From the human T2T-CHM13v2.0 reference genome, Homo sapiens, in NCBI RefSeq assembly GCF_009914755.1, contig NC_060925.1: 64,000 nt of DNA, one strand, 5' to 3'. Below, piece by piece: positions 1-20,852 of this stretch (within the stretch, counting starts at the first letter, position 1; each line of letters begins with the position of its first letter). A program made the translations under genes and the position numbers. The notes below the pieces were generated by a model. It searched no databases, had not been told where the DNA came from, and was given only the letters and a program-made list of their open reading frames with translations.

Positions 1-172
1 GGTTGATGCATATCCCCAAAGATTCACACCCACCCAGAACCTCAGAATGGGACCTTATTTGAAAATAGGTTCTTTGCTGATGTAACCAGTTAAGGATCTA
101 GAGATGAAGTCACCTCGGTTTTAGGGCGGTTCCCTAAATCCAATGGCAGGTGTCCCTATAAGAAGAGGAGAG
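1..172 (+). mobile_element. MaLR LTR fragment (MLT1A/B-like), interrupted by an Alu
   Basis: CCCAGAACCTCAGAAT..GACCTTATTTGAAAATAGG..CCCTAAATCCAATG..GTGTCCCTATAAGAAGAGG is typical MLT1 LTR text, and it resumes briefly after the Alu. Confidence 0.7.
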
Positions 173-457
173 GGCCAGGTGCAGTGGCTCATGTCTGAGC
201 ACTTTGGGAGGTCGAGGTGGGCGGATCACTTGAGGTCAGCAGTTGGAGACCAGCCTGGCCAACATGGGGAAACCCCGTCTCTACTAACAATACAAAAATT
301 AGACAGGCGTGGTGGTGCATGCCTTTAGTCCCAGCTTTGGGAGGCTGAGGCATGAGAATAGCTTGGACCTGGGAGGCAGAGGTTGTAGTGAGTAGTGAGC
401 CAAGACTGCACCACTGCACTCCAGCCTGAGCGACAGAGTGAAACTGTCTAAAAAAAG
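173..457 (+). mobile_element. Alu (AluS-like)
   Basis: Dimeric Alu consensus with A-rich linker and short tail. Confidence 0.95.
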
Positions 458-1359
458 AGGAGGAAAGGACACGGAGAGAGAGGGGGGAAGGCAGAGCCAG
501 GATCCGGAGGGACAAGAGAAAGGTAAAAGAGAAGAGTTACTGTTGCAGTGACATCCCACCCAGATGTCTACAGGAGGCCTGTGGCTCTTCTGTTCCTACT
601 GCATCCACAGAGACCCTGATGGCTCCTTGTCTGGCTACCTGGCTGTCATGCTGCTGCTGCTGAGAACGTGGGCACCTTGGTCTATTTCCTCCCTGCTGGT
701 TTTCACATGTGCATTCACGAGATTTCTCCGGAGACCCACCCTTGCTTTCTTCTCCCATGCCCACATGCTGTTCTAGACCATCTTGGAACAAAACATCAGA
801 AAACAGGGTCTCCATTGGCAGGAGAGAGAACTGAGGTAGGTGTTCACCAGGAAGGGGCAAAGCGAGGAGATTTGCAACAGTTTTGCTTCAATCATCTTTT
901 GCTAGCTCCTCCACCAAATACCAAACCCCGAGCCCCTCAGCCACCCCCTGCCAGTGTCCAGGAGAGCAGTGAACATGCCCCCAATTGGTTTCATGATCGC
1001 CAGCTCCAGTGGCTCCTGCTGAGTGCCAGGAACTGAGTTCTGCACATGTTTCCTGATTACAAATTGCCAGGAAAAGGCTAAACGTGTCCACCGACTCTCT
1101 GGCCTCCAAAATTGCAGTTCTCCATTTTTTCCCATGCAATAGACATGATAGATGGAAGACATTCATGCAGGAAGTACACTCCAATTTTAATGGAAGTTCC
1201 CAAAATAAAATTGTTCAGAGAGCAGTACAGTAATTCATAATTACCCCCACAAACACTAAATGGCAGTGACTGACATAAAGGTGGGCCGAGGGTCCCACAC
1301 AGCTGGCCAGAACTCCACCCTCTCTCCCACCTGAGAATAGGAATGGATGGAAGTGACAT

Positions 1360-1800
1360 TCAGGTAGGGCTTTTGGGGTTGCAAGTAACAGAATCCTACC
1401 TCAAACGGGGTTAAGCAAAACAGGGGCGTTAGCGTTTTGTGTATCAGAAAAGCTCAAGATCAGTTTGATTGAAGCTCGACTAGGGTGGCCAGGGAGCACC
1501 CACCCTGTCATCTCTCTCGGCTCGGGGCCCCTGGTTTCCCTGCGTGGGGTCCGTCTAGAGGTGGGCTCTCCCACCACAGTGCTCAGGCAGCTGCCAGCCC
1601 CTCCAGGCTTACACTGATCCTCAGCCAGCTCTGAGGGAGGAGTGATTTTCTCTTCCCCACGGTGTCTGCAAATGTCCCTGAACAGAGCCCTGTCGACTCA
1701 TGGCCACCTGCACTGTGACCAGGGAGATGCCCCCTTCTGATTAATTTTCTGTCACATGCACCGAGGAGCCGGGGCATGATGGGCCAGCTCTACCCAAACC
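1360..1800 (-). mobile_element. Old MaLR LTR remnant (MLT1J/K/L-like)
   Basis: GGTTGCAAGTAACAGAA..CTCAAAC..TTAAGCAAAA terminal motif; highly diverged. Confidence 0.45.
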
Positions 1801-1914
1801 CAGGACTGAGAGTAGGGAGTGGAGGTTCCCAAAAGAAGGTCCAGGAGCTGTCACCAGGAGAGGAGAAACCAATACCCAGCAGGGCAGGCAGGACCACGGG
1901 CGGCCCCTGTGAGG

Positions 1915-2402
1915 TTCTTGCAGCTGCTGTAGCAAACAGACACATATCAATGCTTGAAACAACACAAATGTATTAACGTACAGTTCTGGACTCCAGAAGT
2001 GCTGGAAGCGGTGCGTCAGCTGGGCTGATCCCTTCTGGAAGCTCTAAGGGAGAATCTGTTTCCTTCCACTTTCCAGCTTCTAAAGGCCACCTGCATTCCT
2101 TGGCTCTTGGCCCCATCCTCCCTCTTCAAAGCCAGCAGAGCATAACATCTTCTGGTCTCTATTCCTTTCTGTCTCTGTCTCTCTCGGACCCTGTTTCTAT
2201 ATGCGTGTGTGTGTCTCTCTCATCTGTCTCTCCCTTTCTCTCCCTCTCTCTTTCTGATCCTCCTGCCTCTAGCTTATAAGGACCCTTGGCATTACGTTAG
2301 GACCACTTGGGTAATCCCATCTCAAGGTCTTTAATTGAATCATGACTGCAAAATCCCTTTTGCTGTGTAAACATCTTCACAGGGCCATTATTCTATCTAC
2401 CA
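1915..2402 (-). mobile_element. MaLR LTR (MLT1B/C-like)
   Basis: CAGTTCTGGA..CCTTCTGGAAGCTCTAAGGGAGAATCTGTTTCC..TTATAAGGACCCTTG..GCCATTATTCT pattern. Confidence 0.8.
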
Positions 2403-2831
2403 TGTCCTAGTGAGAATTAGCCTCACCTCCATCTGCATATACTTATGGTGAAGCCCTAACTCTCACCCACGGCAAGTTATTCATCCCTGCCTCAGAGGGC
2501 TGTCTGGTAGGTCAGACCCCTGCAGTGGAGAAGCCTACCCCTGACCTTCGACCTATGCACACAGGGTCCAGCACTTGGTCCGGTGGCAGACAGAGAACCT
2601 TCCCCAGAAAGCACCAGGGGTTGCAGGGTCAGAGGCCCAGTGGCCAGACCCAGGGGGAACTGTGTCCTTTCAGGTCACTGTCCTAGCTCTCCAGGAAGTC
2701 ACAGGAAGGTAAAATCATGGAGAAGAATCCCTGGGCAGAGGAGAGAACTCCACTGGCCTGCTCACCTCCGCTTGCATTGGGGTCTTGGGCCAGAATTCCA
2801 GGTCCAATACAGAGCCTTAAGATTTATTTTT

Positions 2832-3625
<794 letters not shown>

Positions 3626-3701
3626 ATGTATTGTTTTTAAAAAGGTAAATGTTTCTGATACGAAAGGAATGGTGAATCCTGACACAGGTCACCCTTCCTA
3701 G

Positions 3702-4695
<994 letters not shown>

Positions 4696-5632
4696 TGCTG
4701 CAGGCGTGTGCCTTGGGATGGATTCTAGAGCCCAGGGTCCCCTGTCCAGGCCTGGATGACCCAGCGATGGGAGCGATTTTTTAAATATTTTTCAATTAAG
4801 TCCGTGAGAGAGCTCAGAAGCCAACCCTGTGCGTGGCGTACAAATCCGGGCCGTGCAGCAGCAGCTCAGTTGGCAGGGGCCTCTCACTGGGCCCGCCAGC
4901 CACACCCTTGGACCGGCCAGGTTTTTCCTGAGTGGAAGCAGGGTTCAGGCCCTATGTGCCCTGCAGGACTGAGGAGTCCAGCAGGCTATCCGGGTCCCAC
5001 AGAAAAGGTGGGGAATTCTGGCCAGCAGCCGGGCAGGGGACGAAAGAGGATGCTGAGAAGCTTTCAGGCGTTTCTCCACCCTCCTGAGTCACACGGGAAT
5101 GTCTGAGACCAGGAGGCAGGTCGGGGGACTGGACGGGGGGGTGCTTTTTTGCAGCCTCTGCCAGGATCCCAGTGGGGGCAGGAGGAGAGACAGGCCCAGA
5201 GCTGGGCGAGGAGAGCTGGAGAGAGGCTGAGGAGGATACAGCTGCAGCCTCAAGCCCAGACACCACTTCCTCTCTCCCACCCCTCCCTCCTTTCCAGCCA
5301 TGTGGCCCACCAAAGACCTCATCCTCGGGAAACGCAGCCAGGTCCCACCCACGAGGGCAGGGGCCTGGGGCTCCCCATCCCCAGCTGAGTTCAGGGCAGC
5401 ATGAGGCCTGGCCTCACCTCCCTCTGCTCTCCCACCCGTGGGGGCTGCTGCCCTCACCCGTGGCTTCTAGATGATAGCCTCCCCCTCCATCCTATCCTCA
5501 ACACCTCCCACAAGCTGGGCATACAGCTAGGGCTTAATAAATGCCAGTTTTCCCTCCTCTACTGCACCACACAGAGATTATTCAGATCCTCACCTTTCCT
5601 GGTAGGCTCATCTCAGGACATGGACAAATTAG

Positions 5633-6332
<700 letters not shown>

Positions 6333-7042
6333 TGAGGACCAGCTGAGGCCACTTGACGCTGGGCGGGGGGCGGGGGGGCCCTGCCCTGCTCTGCCCCAGG
6401 GAGGTGCTGCTGCAGACCCTGCCTGTGCTGCAGTCCGAGGCCGCCCTCAAACCCCCGCTTCCAGCAGGATCCCCGCTGTCACTGAGATCCAGAGCTGCCA
6501 CTGCTTCCGCATCATCCTTGTTTGCTATTTGGTGCTTTGGGCAAGCAGAGCTGTGTTTTGCCAGCTGCCGGCTGGCAGCTCAGCCCATCCTGCAGCTGGA
6601 GGCCCGAGCAGGGGGCCCAGGGAGCCCTTTGAAGTCCCTGTCTCAGCTGACAGCCCTCCCCTCTCACCTCCCACCAGGGAATCCCACTGCCTCTGGTATG
6701 GACAAACACTCGCAAAGCTCAGAAAAGTGTAGCCACCTTTCCTGAAAATATTCAGCCTGGCCCAGCCCTGCTGGAAGCCACTGCACACGGTTCTTGGGGC
6801 TGAGACCATGGCTTTCTGCAAACTAACGTGGCCTTTGGGTGCAGCAATAGAGCCAGAAGACATCAGGGTGGCCTCAACCTAGAAGCCAGGTCCCGGCCAC
6901 CTCTCACACAGGCTGGGCTAAGGGGAGGCTGCAGAGGAAGTTCAGTGGCAGCTGTTCCCTTTGCACCGGGGACTAGAGGTCGGACAGCTGGGATTAGTCA
7001 GAGGTGCCGAGCTGTGTCCTCCGCCAGCCCAACCATGGGGAC

Positions 7043-7216
7043 CTTCTCCAAGTGGAAACCTCGGCTTGGGCTTAGCCAGAGCTGGCTTACGAGCTGGAAT
7101 CAGCCCAGTCCACCTGGCTGGAGTCTTTGATGGCCCAGGCCACGCCAGCTTCATGGGGTCTGCAGGGAAAAGAAGTTCAGCTCAGAAATCTCTGGCTCCT
7201 AGAAAAGGAGGTGGGC
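7043..7216 (+). repeat. Local duplication A, copy 2
   Basis: Matches 4522-4695. Confidence 0.9.
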
Positions 7217-8153
7217 GCCCTCCTGCCAGAGCCAGCTGATTTTAATTCAGCTACCCGGCAAACCTCCCTGGTTCCTGCTCTATGACAAACCCAGGGCAGG
7301 TGCCAAGATACAGAGATAGACAAAACTCAGTGCCTACCCTAGAGGAATTCATAGTCAGGTAAAATAACGGCCACACAGTGTGTCTGTGCCCATGTGGCAG
7401 AGGCCCAGAGAAGCAGCCTAGGACTGAGCTGAGCTGATATGCTTTGCAGGAAGTGGGTGAAAGTGCGGCAGAGGCCTGGGAGGCGGGAGGCCAGGTCTCT
7501 GGCAGTGGGGGTTCTTTCTTTAGCAGTCCCCTCCTAGCACCCACACAGTGCCAGGCCCTGGGAGGGCCAGCTCTGCACCCCAAAGCTGCTAAGTCTGTGG
7601 TCCAGGAGGTAGGTGGCCGCAGCTGCACCTGCCCGTCCCTCAGCCAGGGGAAGTGACTCGCCTCTGAGGCTCCTGCAGGCTGCCTCCTGGGGGAGCGTGC
7701 AGGAAAGAGTTTGCAGGTTTTATGGCCAGTGAGGTCCGGCTCAGGCCTGAGGAGGGTGCAGGCCAAGCCGGCCGGTTCTAATTAGGGGACTGGGCTCCTC
7801 GTAGCAGCCCAGGGGCCTGGGGGCTTTGCCAGTTTGTAGAACAGCCAGCACTGTTTTGCACAGTGTCTCCTGGCAACGGGGGCCACTCCAATGGGGAGCG
7901 GGGTGCCCTGGGAGCCCTTGTGGGCAGCAGCCAGCCACTCAGCCTGAGCTCACTCGTGCGGTCCCCTCCAGGTACTTCCGCCCTACCAGACTGACCTCGG
8001 GGGACACAGATCCCTGCTAGAGCATGGGGCAAACTGCCCTCTCCCAGCCTGGGTCAGTGCTGCCAGAACCCAAAGGGACTGGGGACGGAGGCTGGGTCTT
8101 TGCTTCCCCTCACCACCTCAGGTTGCCCTGAGTAAGCATTCTAAAACAAAAGG

Positions 8154-8480
8154 AGGCCGGGCGCGGCGGCTCATGCCTGTAATCCCAGCACTTAGGGCGG
8201 CCAAGGTGGGCGGATCACTTGAGGTCAAGAGTTTGAGACCAGCCTGGCCAACATGGTGAAACCCCATCTCTACTAAAAATACACAAAATTAGCCGGGCGT
8301 GGTGGTGCGCGCCTGTAATCCCAGCTACTCAGGAGGCTGAGAAACAAGAATTGCTGAGGCAGAGGTTGACGAAGGGGGTGGAGGTTGCAGTGAGCCGAAA
8401 TTGTGCCACTGCACTCCAGCCTGGGCGACAGAGTGAGACTCTGTTTCAAAAAAAATAAAACAAAATAAAAGTAAGATAAA
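8154..8480 (+). mobile_element. AluS with a small insertion in the right arm
   Basis: Alu consensus; extra GAGGTTGACGAAGGGGGTG before GAGGTTGCAGTG. Confidence 0.95.
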
Positions 8481-8789
8481 CCAAGAATAAGTACCGACGC
8501 CTAGTGTCTAGACAATGCCTAGCACACAGTAGATGCTCAAAGAATGCAGAGTGAATAACCAAGCTCAGTGCTTGGAAACCTGGCTGGCACACAGTAGGCT
8601 CACAATCCATGTGCCGAACACAAGAAGGAATGAAGTTTGTCTTCAGCCCCATGCAGTGAGTTCTAGAAAGCAGGTGGCCTGTTGCTTTCATCTTGTGTCT
8701 GCAATGCCTGATACAGGACCCAGGACTCCTCGGGCCTGGCAGGACCCGCCCCAGCCGAGGTTCCCGTCCTGGTGCTGGGGGCGAAGGGG

Positions 8790-9060
8790 AGGGAGGGAGG
8801 CCGACAGGCGGCTGGTCAGACAGTGTGAGTCTGGCCTTTGAATGTTATTCCCGGCAGTTCCTCTGATTCACAGCTGTCCCAGGAACAGTCATGGCTGTGT
8901 CAATAAATATTGGTGACTTTTAATGACCTCTCCGTCTCGCAGGGCCATGTGGGCCTTCCTGCCCCTCCAAAGACCCCGTCCAGGCTGTTGTTTTTCTAGC
9001 CAGCGTATAGCGCTCTGTGCCAGTGAGAGGGCCTTGGGGACCGAATGGCCCCCGCAGGCT
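8790..9060. promoter_or_regulatory. Putative enhancer block
   Basis: Repeat-free; CCTTTGAA (TCF-like), TTCCCGGCA (STAT-like), CAGCTG E-box, TCAATAAATA (HOX/FOX-like), TGACCT half-site. Motif evidence only. Confidence 0.3.
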
Positions 9061-9346
9061 GATAACTCAGAAGGCATTTTCTGTCTCCTTGCTTCGCCTG
9101 CTCCTTTTCACCATAACTCCCCAGACCTCCTGGGAATGACCCTGAGTGCAGAAGGATGGGCAACATCAGAGGCCCTGGCTCAGAAAGAGCCAGAAAGGAG
9201 CTGCCACCTTGGCCCCCCCTGCCCTTCCCCCTACACCTCTGCCTGGGTGTCTTGTCCTTTCTCCACGCTAGAAAAGGACATCGCATCTCACGCCAACACA
9301 ACATGCCAGGCAAAGATAAGCTGCTTTTCCTCCTTCCACACTTTCA

Positions 9347-9718
<372 letters not shown>

Positions 9719-10021
9719 TTACTGGACGACAGATTTTATCATGAAAGCAAAGAACGGTTATGAGCACACAGGATCTGTGTCATCTCCTCAATTCTACTTC
9801 AAAGAATATTCCATACATCAAGCACTCTGGGGCGGTGGAGAGGCCACCAAACCCAAGACAGGTTTGATTCTGCTCTCAAGAGCTTGCAGTCCAGAGGGAA
9901 CGCAGGTGGTGCAGGAAGCCGCTGTACACAGGGGACTGCAGCTCCCCAGTGAGGAGTGTGGGTGCTGCGGGGGGATTCACAAGGACTAAAGGGACGTGCG
10001 ACCAAATGCAATGTGTGATTC

Positions 10022-10682
<661 letters not shown>

Positions 10683-11989
10683 TAAAGCAAAAGAAGCAGC
10701 TGCTTTCAGGGTCTTTTGGAGAATTTAATCATGGATTGCATGTTACATAATATCCCTGCATCAAAGCTAAACTCCTGAGTATGGAAATGGACTTTTGGCC
10801 ATGCAGGAGACTGTCCTTGATTTTGGAAGGTACCTGCTGAAATATTGAGAAGGGACGTGTCATTGTGTCCGCAACTGACTTTTGAATATTTCAGTGGTCT
10901 TCCAGAAGGCAGACTCCTGTGGGCTGAGCAGGAAGTAGCCTAGCAAAGCAGGGAGAACAGTGTGCATAAGGACCGAGGGTGGCCCGGCAAGGGCCCATGC
11001 CCAGGAATTGCTGCTGGAGACGAGGCTGGGGGACAGGGCCAGGTCGTGGCAGGGAGTAATCAGGCGACAAGGAAGGCACACTTGGACCCGGAGGGTGGTC
11101 ATGGGCGTGGAGAGAGTTGGGAGGTATTTAGGAGGTCGAATCTGCAGGAGCAGCCAGGATATGGGGAAAGAGGGTATGGGAGGGGAGAGAACTCATGCTG
11201 TCTGGCAGGAGAACCGGGAGAAGGAAGGTGCCACTCACAGAGGTGGAAGACCCAGGGAGCAGCAGGGTTGGAGCGGGAGAAGGTCAAGGGCTCGGTTTTC
11301 AGACATGCCAGGGCTGTGGGGCATCTCCAATGGGGTACCAGGAATTTGAAGGTGTGTTTGTCCAAATAACCATGGAGCCAGTACTCTGTCCTCAGGCATG
11401 GGTGTTGGGGACGTCTTGTGGCCATACCAGCCAGGCGTGGTGGAAGCCGCAGAGGTGGGGCCAGGTGAGAACACCCAGTTGTGCCTTGCTCATCCTGCAT
11501 TTGTTTTGCTGGCTCCTCTCTGTCTGCCTTGGAGGAACGGATCAAGACTGTTCACCTCACAGGCCCTTGACATGAGTCAGGATTCAGAGCTGCCCCCTGC
11601 TGCCACCCACCTCCTGTCACAGGCTGGAAAGGAGCTGATTGCCCAGAACTCAACTGAAAGGAGGCCACACATTTCAGCCTGGGTTTCTATGTCCCCTTGT
11701 GTCTTGTTTATTTATCCTTGGGGCAATCTGGGTGGTTTGGTCCGTGGGAGTGGGATGGGCCACCCTCCCAAATGCTGGGTGTCTGGTCCCGTACCAGCTC
11801 CCTGCAGGCGAAGCCCGTTCTGCCATCGTGTAGCCTTTCAGCACATAATTGCTGAGCTCCTGCTGTGTTCTAGGCATTGTTCTAGATGCTGGGAAGATAG
11901 CAGAAATAAAAGTCCAGTCTATAGGAATAATAACTTCTTATTGTCATAAATAATTATCGTATAAAGATACATAATAGCATACGTGACGA

Positions 11990-12200
11990 TCATGCCTACC
12001 ATTTATTGAGCACTCAGGATACACCAGACACTGTGCTGAGTGCCCCATGTCCCCTGTAATCTTCACAACCACCTCTGTTTAGTATTAATATTACCGTTTG
12101 ATAGATGGGACAACAAGGGCTCAGAGAAGGAAGGTAAGTGGCCACCCAAGATCACAGCTTATAAATGTCAGGGTCAGGGTTTGAACTCAGACCTGGGGCC
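11990..12200 (-). mobile_element. MIR
   Basis: CATTTATTGAGCACT..AATCTTCACAACCAC..AGATGGGACAACAAGGGCTCAGAGA..TTTGAACTCAG. Confidence 0.7.
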
Positions 12201-12376
12201 TGTACTTCCAAACTCTCAGCCTGCAACTTGCCAGAGTCCAGCTTGCCCTTTGGTGGGTGGGGGTGATAGAGTTGGAGGCCCCATCCTGTTCAGGTCCAGC
12301 TCTGAACCTTATAGGCCTGGCCTGACACCTCCATTGCTCTGTGTCCTCCCGATCCTGGACTCCTCCTTGCATCTGG
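12103..12376 (+). repeat. Local duplication B, donor copy (partner 16199-16721)
   Basis: 274-nt ungapped match after removing the Alu in the partner; 30 mismatches by hand count (~89%). Confidence 0.92.
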
Positions 12377-12427
12377 TTCTGACCCCAGATTCCTGCTTTC
12401 ATGCTGAGCTCAGCCCAGCCCATCTCA

Positions 12428-12928
<501 letters not shown>

Positions 12929-13674
12929 GGTAGGGGTGCAGAACACTGTGAGGGGATTTCAGCTATGAGGGGGCATAAGAAGGGGGTTTGGATGAAATTC
13001 CCCAGGAAGGGTGTCCTCAGATATTCAAGAATCTTTCATTCCTCCCTTGTAGACGTTCAGGTGCAAGCTTCCTGTCTCCTGATCATTTTCACTCAACCAA
13101 CATGTGCTTATGTGCTTAACTAGAGAGCCGCGCTTAGAGTCACTATTTACATATCTTCCTGATCAGGCCCGTCTGTTCCTGCACCTGCTATCACCCCACA
13201 ACCACCACCACCAACTCCAGCAGCCCTCTCAAGTTTCCAGGGCCTGTTTCTTTCGCCAAGAATATTCTTGCTCTCCACTCTGCCTTTCTCCTTGGAGCCC
13301 TCCCGCACCCCCAGCCCGTCTGTTGCACCCTGAACTTCCTGTCATCACACTGATTACACTCTATTACAATTGTGTCTGGACTTTGGGAAGGTCCTAGCCT
13401 GGGAGCCCCCTCCTGAGACACACACACACACACAATCCCCACTGCAGAGGATTTACAGACACCCCTCTTCCAAGCCCATTCATAGACCCCAGGTCGATGT
13501 TGGAATTTCCTGGTTACTTCATTATCTCCCATGAAACTACAAGCTCCATGAGAGCCTTGTTCACCACAGAGCCTGGTCTGGAACATGGTAATCATCCGTA
13601 ACAATCCATTCCAGTATCAACAAACTATCAGCAAAGGTAACAATAGTCTATATTAAGTATCAAGAAAGATAAAT

Positions 13675-14119
<445 letters not shown>

Positions 14120-14389
14120 TCAGAGTGTGCTCCTCAAGGCCTCTCCCTGACCCCCAACCACAAGAAGTCACCTAGGCCCTGATCCTGCCCTTCCAACCTG
14201 TTCAGTCCAGGTTAACCTGGGGTTCCTGGACCAGCTCCCAAGATGGGTGGGCACTGGACCTGCCCAAACCAGGTGGCTCCCCCCTGGAGTTCCCAGATAC
14301 CTCACCTGTGCCCAGAACACGCCCATCCAAGGTGTCTTCATGGGAAGGGACAGTGGGACCTCCAGGCCATGATTACAAGAACTAGTTCT

Positions 14390-15168
<779 letters not shown>

Positions 15169-15414
15169 CTAGTTTCCACCTCAACTCAGACACACATGTC
15201 GCCTTTCCAAAGGGTTCCAGCCACAGGGCCATCGCTGAGCTGACATCGTGGAGCCCTGTCTCTGTGGTAAGAATTTTCACATCCATGGCCACATTCTGTG
15301 CTGTGCGGGGTAAATGCTGAACAACCAGCTATCTGGAGGGCAGGTTGGGGTGGGGGAGAGTACGCATACATATGTGAACATAGAGTATAAATCCTACCAC
15401 AAATAAGTGCTTGA

Positions 15415-15744
<330 letters not shown>

Positions 15745-15870
15745 TGAGCCACTGAGCCTGGCCCAGAAATAGCTCATGGTATTGATGAGTGAGTGTGATT
15801 CTAATATGAGGGTTGATTGGCATTTTCATGTATGTCAATGAGTAAGAAACAGTGAAACAAAAAAGACATT

Positions 15871-16752
15871 CGGCAGGCCCTTTAAATCTGTGGATTTCAC
15901 ATTTATAGATTCAACTAACCATGGATCTAAAATATTCATTCAAAAAAAATGGACGGTTGCATCTGTACCAAACATGTACAGACTTCTTATTTTTGTCATT
16001 ATTTCCTAAACAATACAGTATAACAACTATTTACACCGCATTTACATTGTATTAGGTATTATAAGTAGTGTAGAAATGATTTCAGATATACGAGAGGATA
16101 TGTGTAGGTTATATGCAACTACTACACCAATTTATATAAGGGATTTGAGCATTCGTGGATTTTGGTATCCAAGGGAGGGTCCTGAAACTAATGGGTCCAG
16201 ATGGGACAACAAGGGCTCAGGGAAGGAAGGTAAGTGGTTGCCCAAGATTGAAGCTTATAAATGTCAGGATCTGAGGTCGGGAGTTCAAAACCAGCCTGAC
16301 CAACATGGAGAAACCCCGTCTCTACTAAAAATACAAAATCAGCCGGGCGTGGTGGTGCGTACCTGTAATCCCAGCTACTTGGGAGGCTGAGGCAAGATAA
16401 TTTCTTGAACCCGGGAGGTGGAAGTTGCGGTGAGCCTAGATTGCGCCGCTGCACTTCAGCCTGGTGACAGAGTGAGACTCCGTCTCAAAATAAAAAAATA
16501 AATAAATAAATGTCACAGCCAGGGTTTGAACTCACACCTGGAGCCTATGCTTCCAAACTCTCGGCCTGCAACTTGCCAGGGCCCAGCTTGCCCTTTGGTG
16601 GGTGGGAGTGATAGAGTTGGAGGCCCCATCCTGTTCAGGTCCAGCTCCAAACCTCACAGGCCTGGCCTGACACCTCCACTGTTCTGTGTCCTCCAGGTCC
16701 TGGGCTCCTTCTTCCACCTGGGTGGCTGGGTCTGGGATACCAAGGGACAACT
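15871..16752 (-). mobile_element. MER2 (TcMar-Tigger) split near one end: body 15871-16192, terminal piece 16735-16752
   Basis: AACATGTACAGAC..GCATTTACATTGTATTAGGTATTATAAG..GGATTTTGGTATCC..GGTCCTGAAACTAAT, then GGATACCAAGGGACAACT after the inserted segment. Confidence 0.85.
16199..16721 (+). repeat. Local duplication B, derived copy, containing a 5'-truncated AluS (16267-16505)
   Basis: Matches 12103-12376; Alu TSD ATAAATGTCA at 16257-16266 and 16506-16515. Confidence 0.92.
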
Positions 16753-16853
16753 ATATATTGGAACTTTACTTTTTTTTGCTAAATTGGATAACAGCTTTGA
16801 ATACTGGGAGAATAGTTCCTTATCTTTTGTACTATTCACAATGTTATTGCTAG

Positions 16854-17144
<291 letters not shown>

Positions 17145-17955
17145 TGAGATTACAGGTGTGAGCCACCGTGCCTGGCCAATATTAACATTTTCTCCATTGC
17201 TTTCTTAAATCTAGAAAATCAACAAAAGAGTAAAGAAAGCCCTGGCTGAGAGCATTTGCCCATTTCTGTGGTGTAAATACTCCCAGCGCAGTTGGTTTTG
17301 AGGTCCCAGAGTGACATTGTTGAATGTGGAGTTGGGAAGAGGTGTTCAGTAGCCACCATTACTAGCACTTCCACAAGGCAGAGACCATGGATATAAATAA
17401 CCTCAGGGCATAGGTAAAATGTAGTAAGATAATTAGGAAGCCAGGAGTCTTGAGTCTTTAGAGCTTTGTTTTTAATATAATTTATTTAATCGTAAGTGTA
17501 TAGAACTTAATTGTTAATGATGGCTGTATTTACAAACTGGCTCCAATGATTTCTGAAAATCATCAGTCAACCCTCCTGAGTCAGTACAAGTCAGCTCCAC
17601 CGTGCCGTGAACCCATTCCCCTACAGCTCTATAGGAAAGGTCTTACTAGCTCTATTTTACAGCTCAGGAAGCTGAGGCTCAAAGGCCACACAGCAAGGCC
17701 TTGAGTGCAGGAGGGCTTAATGCTGAGATGATTGGAGTCCTGCACAAGTTACTTAAGTCGGGTAGCGTGAGCAGAAACTGAACCACAAGTGTGTTTGGGG
17801 ATTTGTGGTGTCAGGAAACACTTAAGATACTTCTCTACCAGTCTGGTCTGGCCTCCAGATAGCACAGTCCCTGCTTGTATAATGCAGTAGAATAAAGTTG
17901 CAACAGTCGGCCTGCAAAAGAAGATAACGTGGTGGCAGAAAGCCCTTTGACCAGG

Positions 17956-20141
<2,186 letters not shown>

Positions 20142-20142
20142 A

Positions 20143-20509
20143 ACTACAGTTTGGCTCTGTGTCCCCACCCAAATCTCATCTTGTAACTCCTACGATTCCC
20201 ACGTGTTGTGGGAGAGACCCGGTGGGGGGTGATTAAATCATAGGGCAGGTCTTGCTCGTACTGTTCTCGTGACGGTGAATGGGTCTCATGAGATCTGATG
20301 GTTTTAAAAAGAGGAGTTCCCCTGCACAAGTTCTGTCTTTTTGCCTGCCGCCATCCATGTAAGATGGGACATGCTCCTCCTTGCCTTCTGCCATGACTGT
20401 GAGGCCCCCCCAGCCACATGGAACTATAAGCCCAATTAAACCTCTTTCTTTTGTAAATTGCCCAGTCTTGGGTATGTCTTTATCAGCAGCGTGAAAATGG
20501 ACTAATACA
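20143..20509 (+). mobile_element. THE1 (MaLR) solo LTR
   Basis: GTTTGGCTCTGTGTCCCCACCCAAATCTCATCTTG..AATTAAACCTCTTTC..ATCAGCAGCGTGAAAATGGACTAATACA. Confidence 0.92.
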
Positions 20510-20533
20510 ACTTCTAATATTAAACATTAAAAT

Positions 20534-20852
<319 letters not shown>

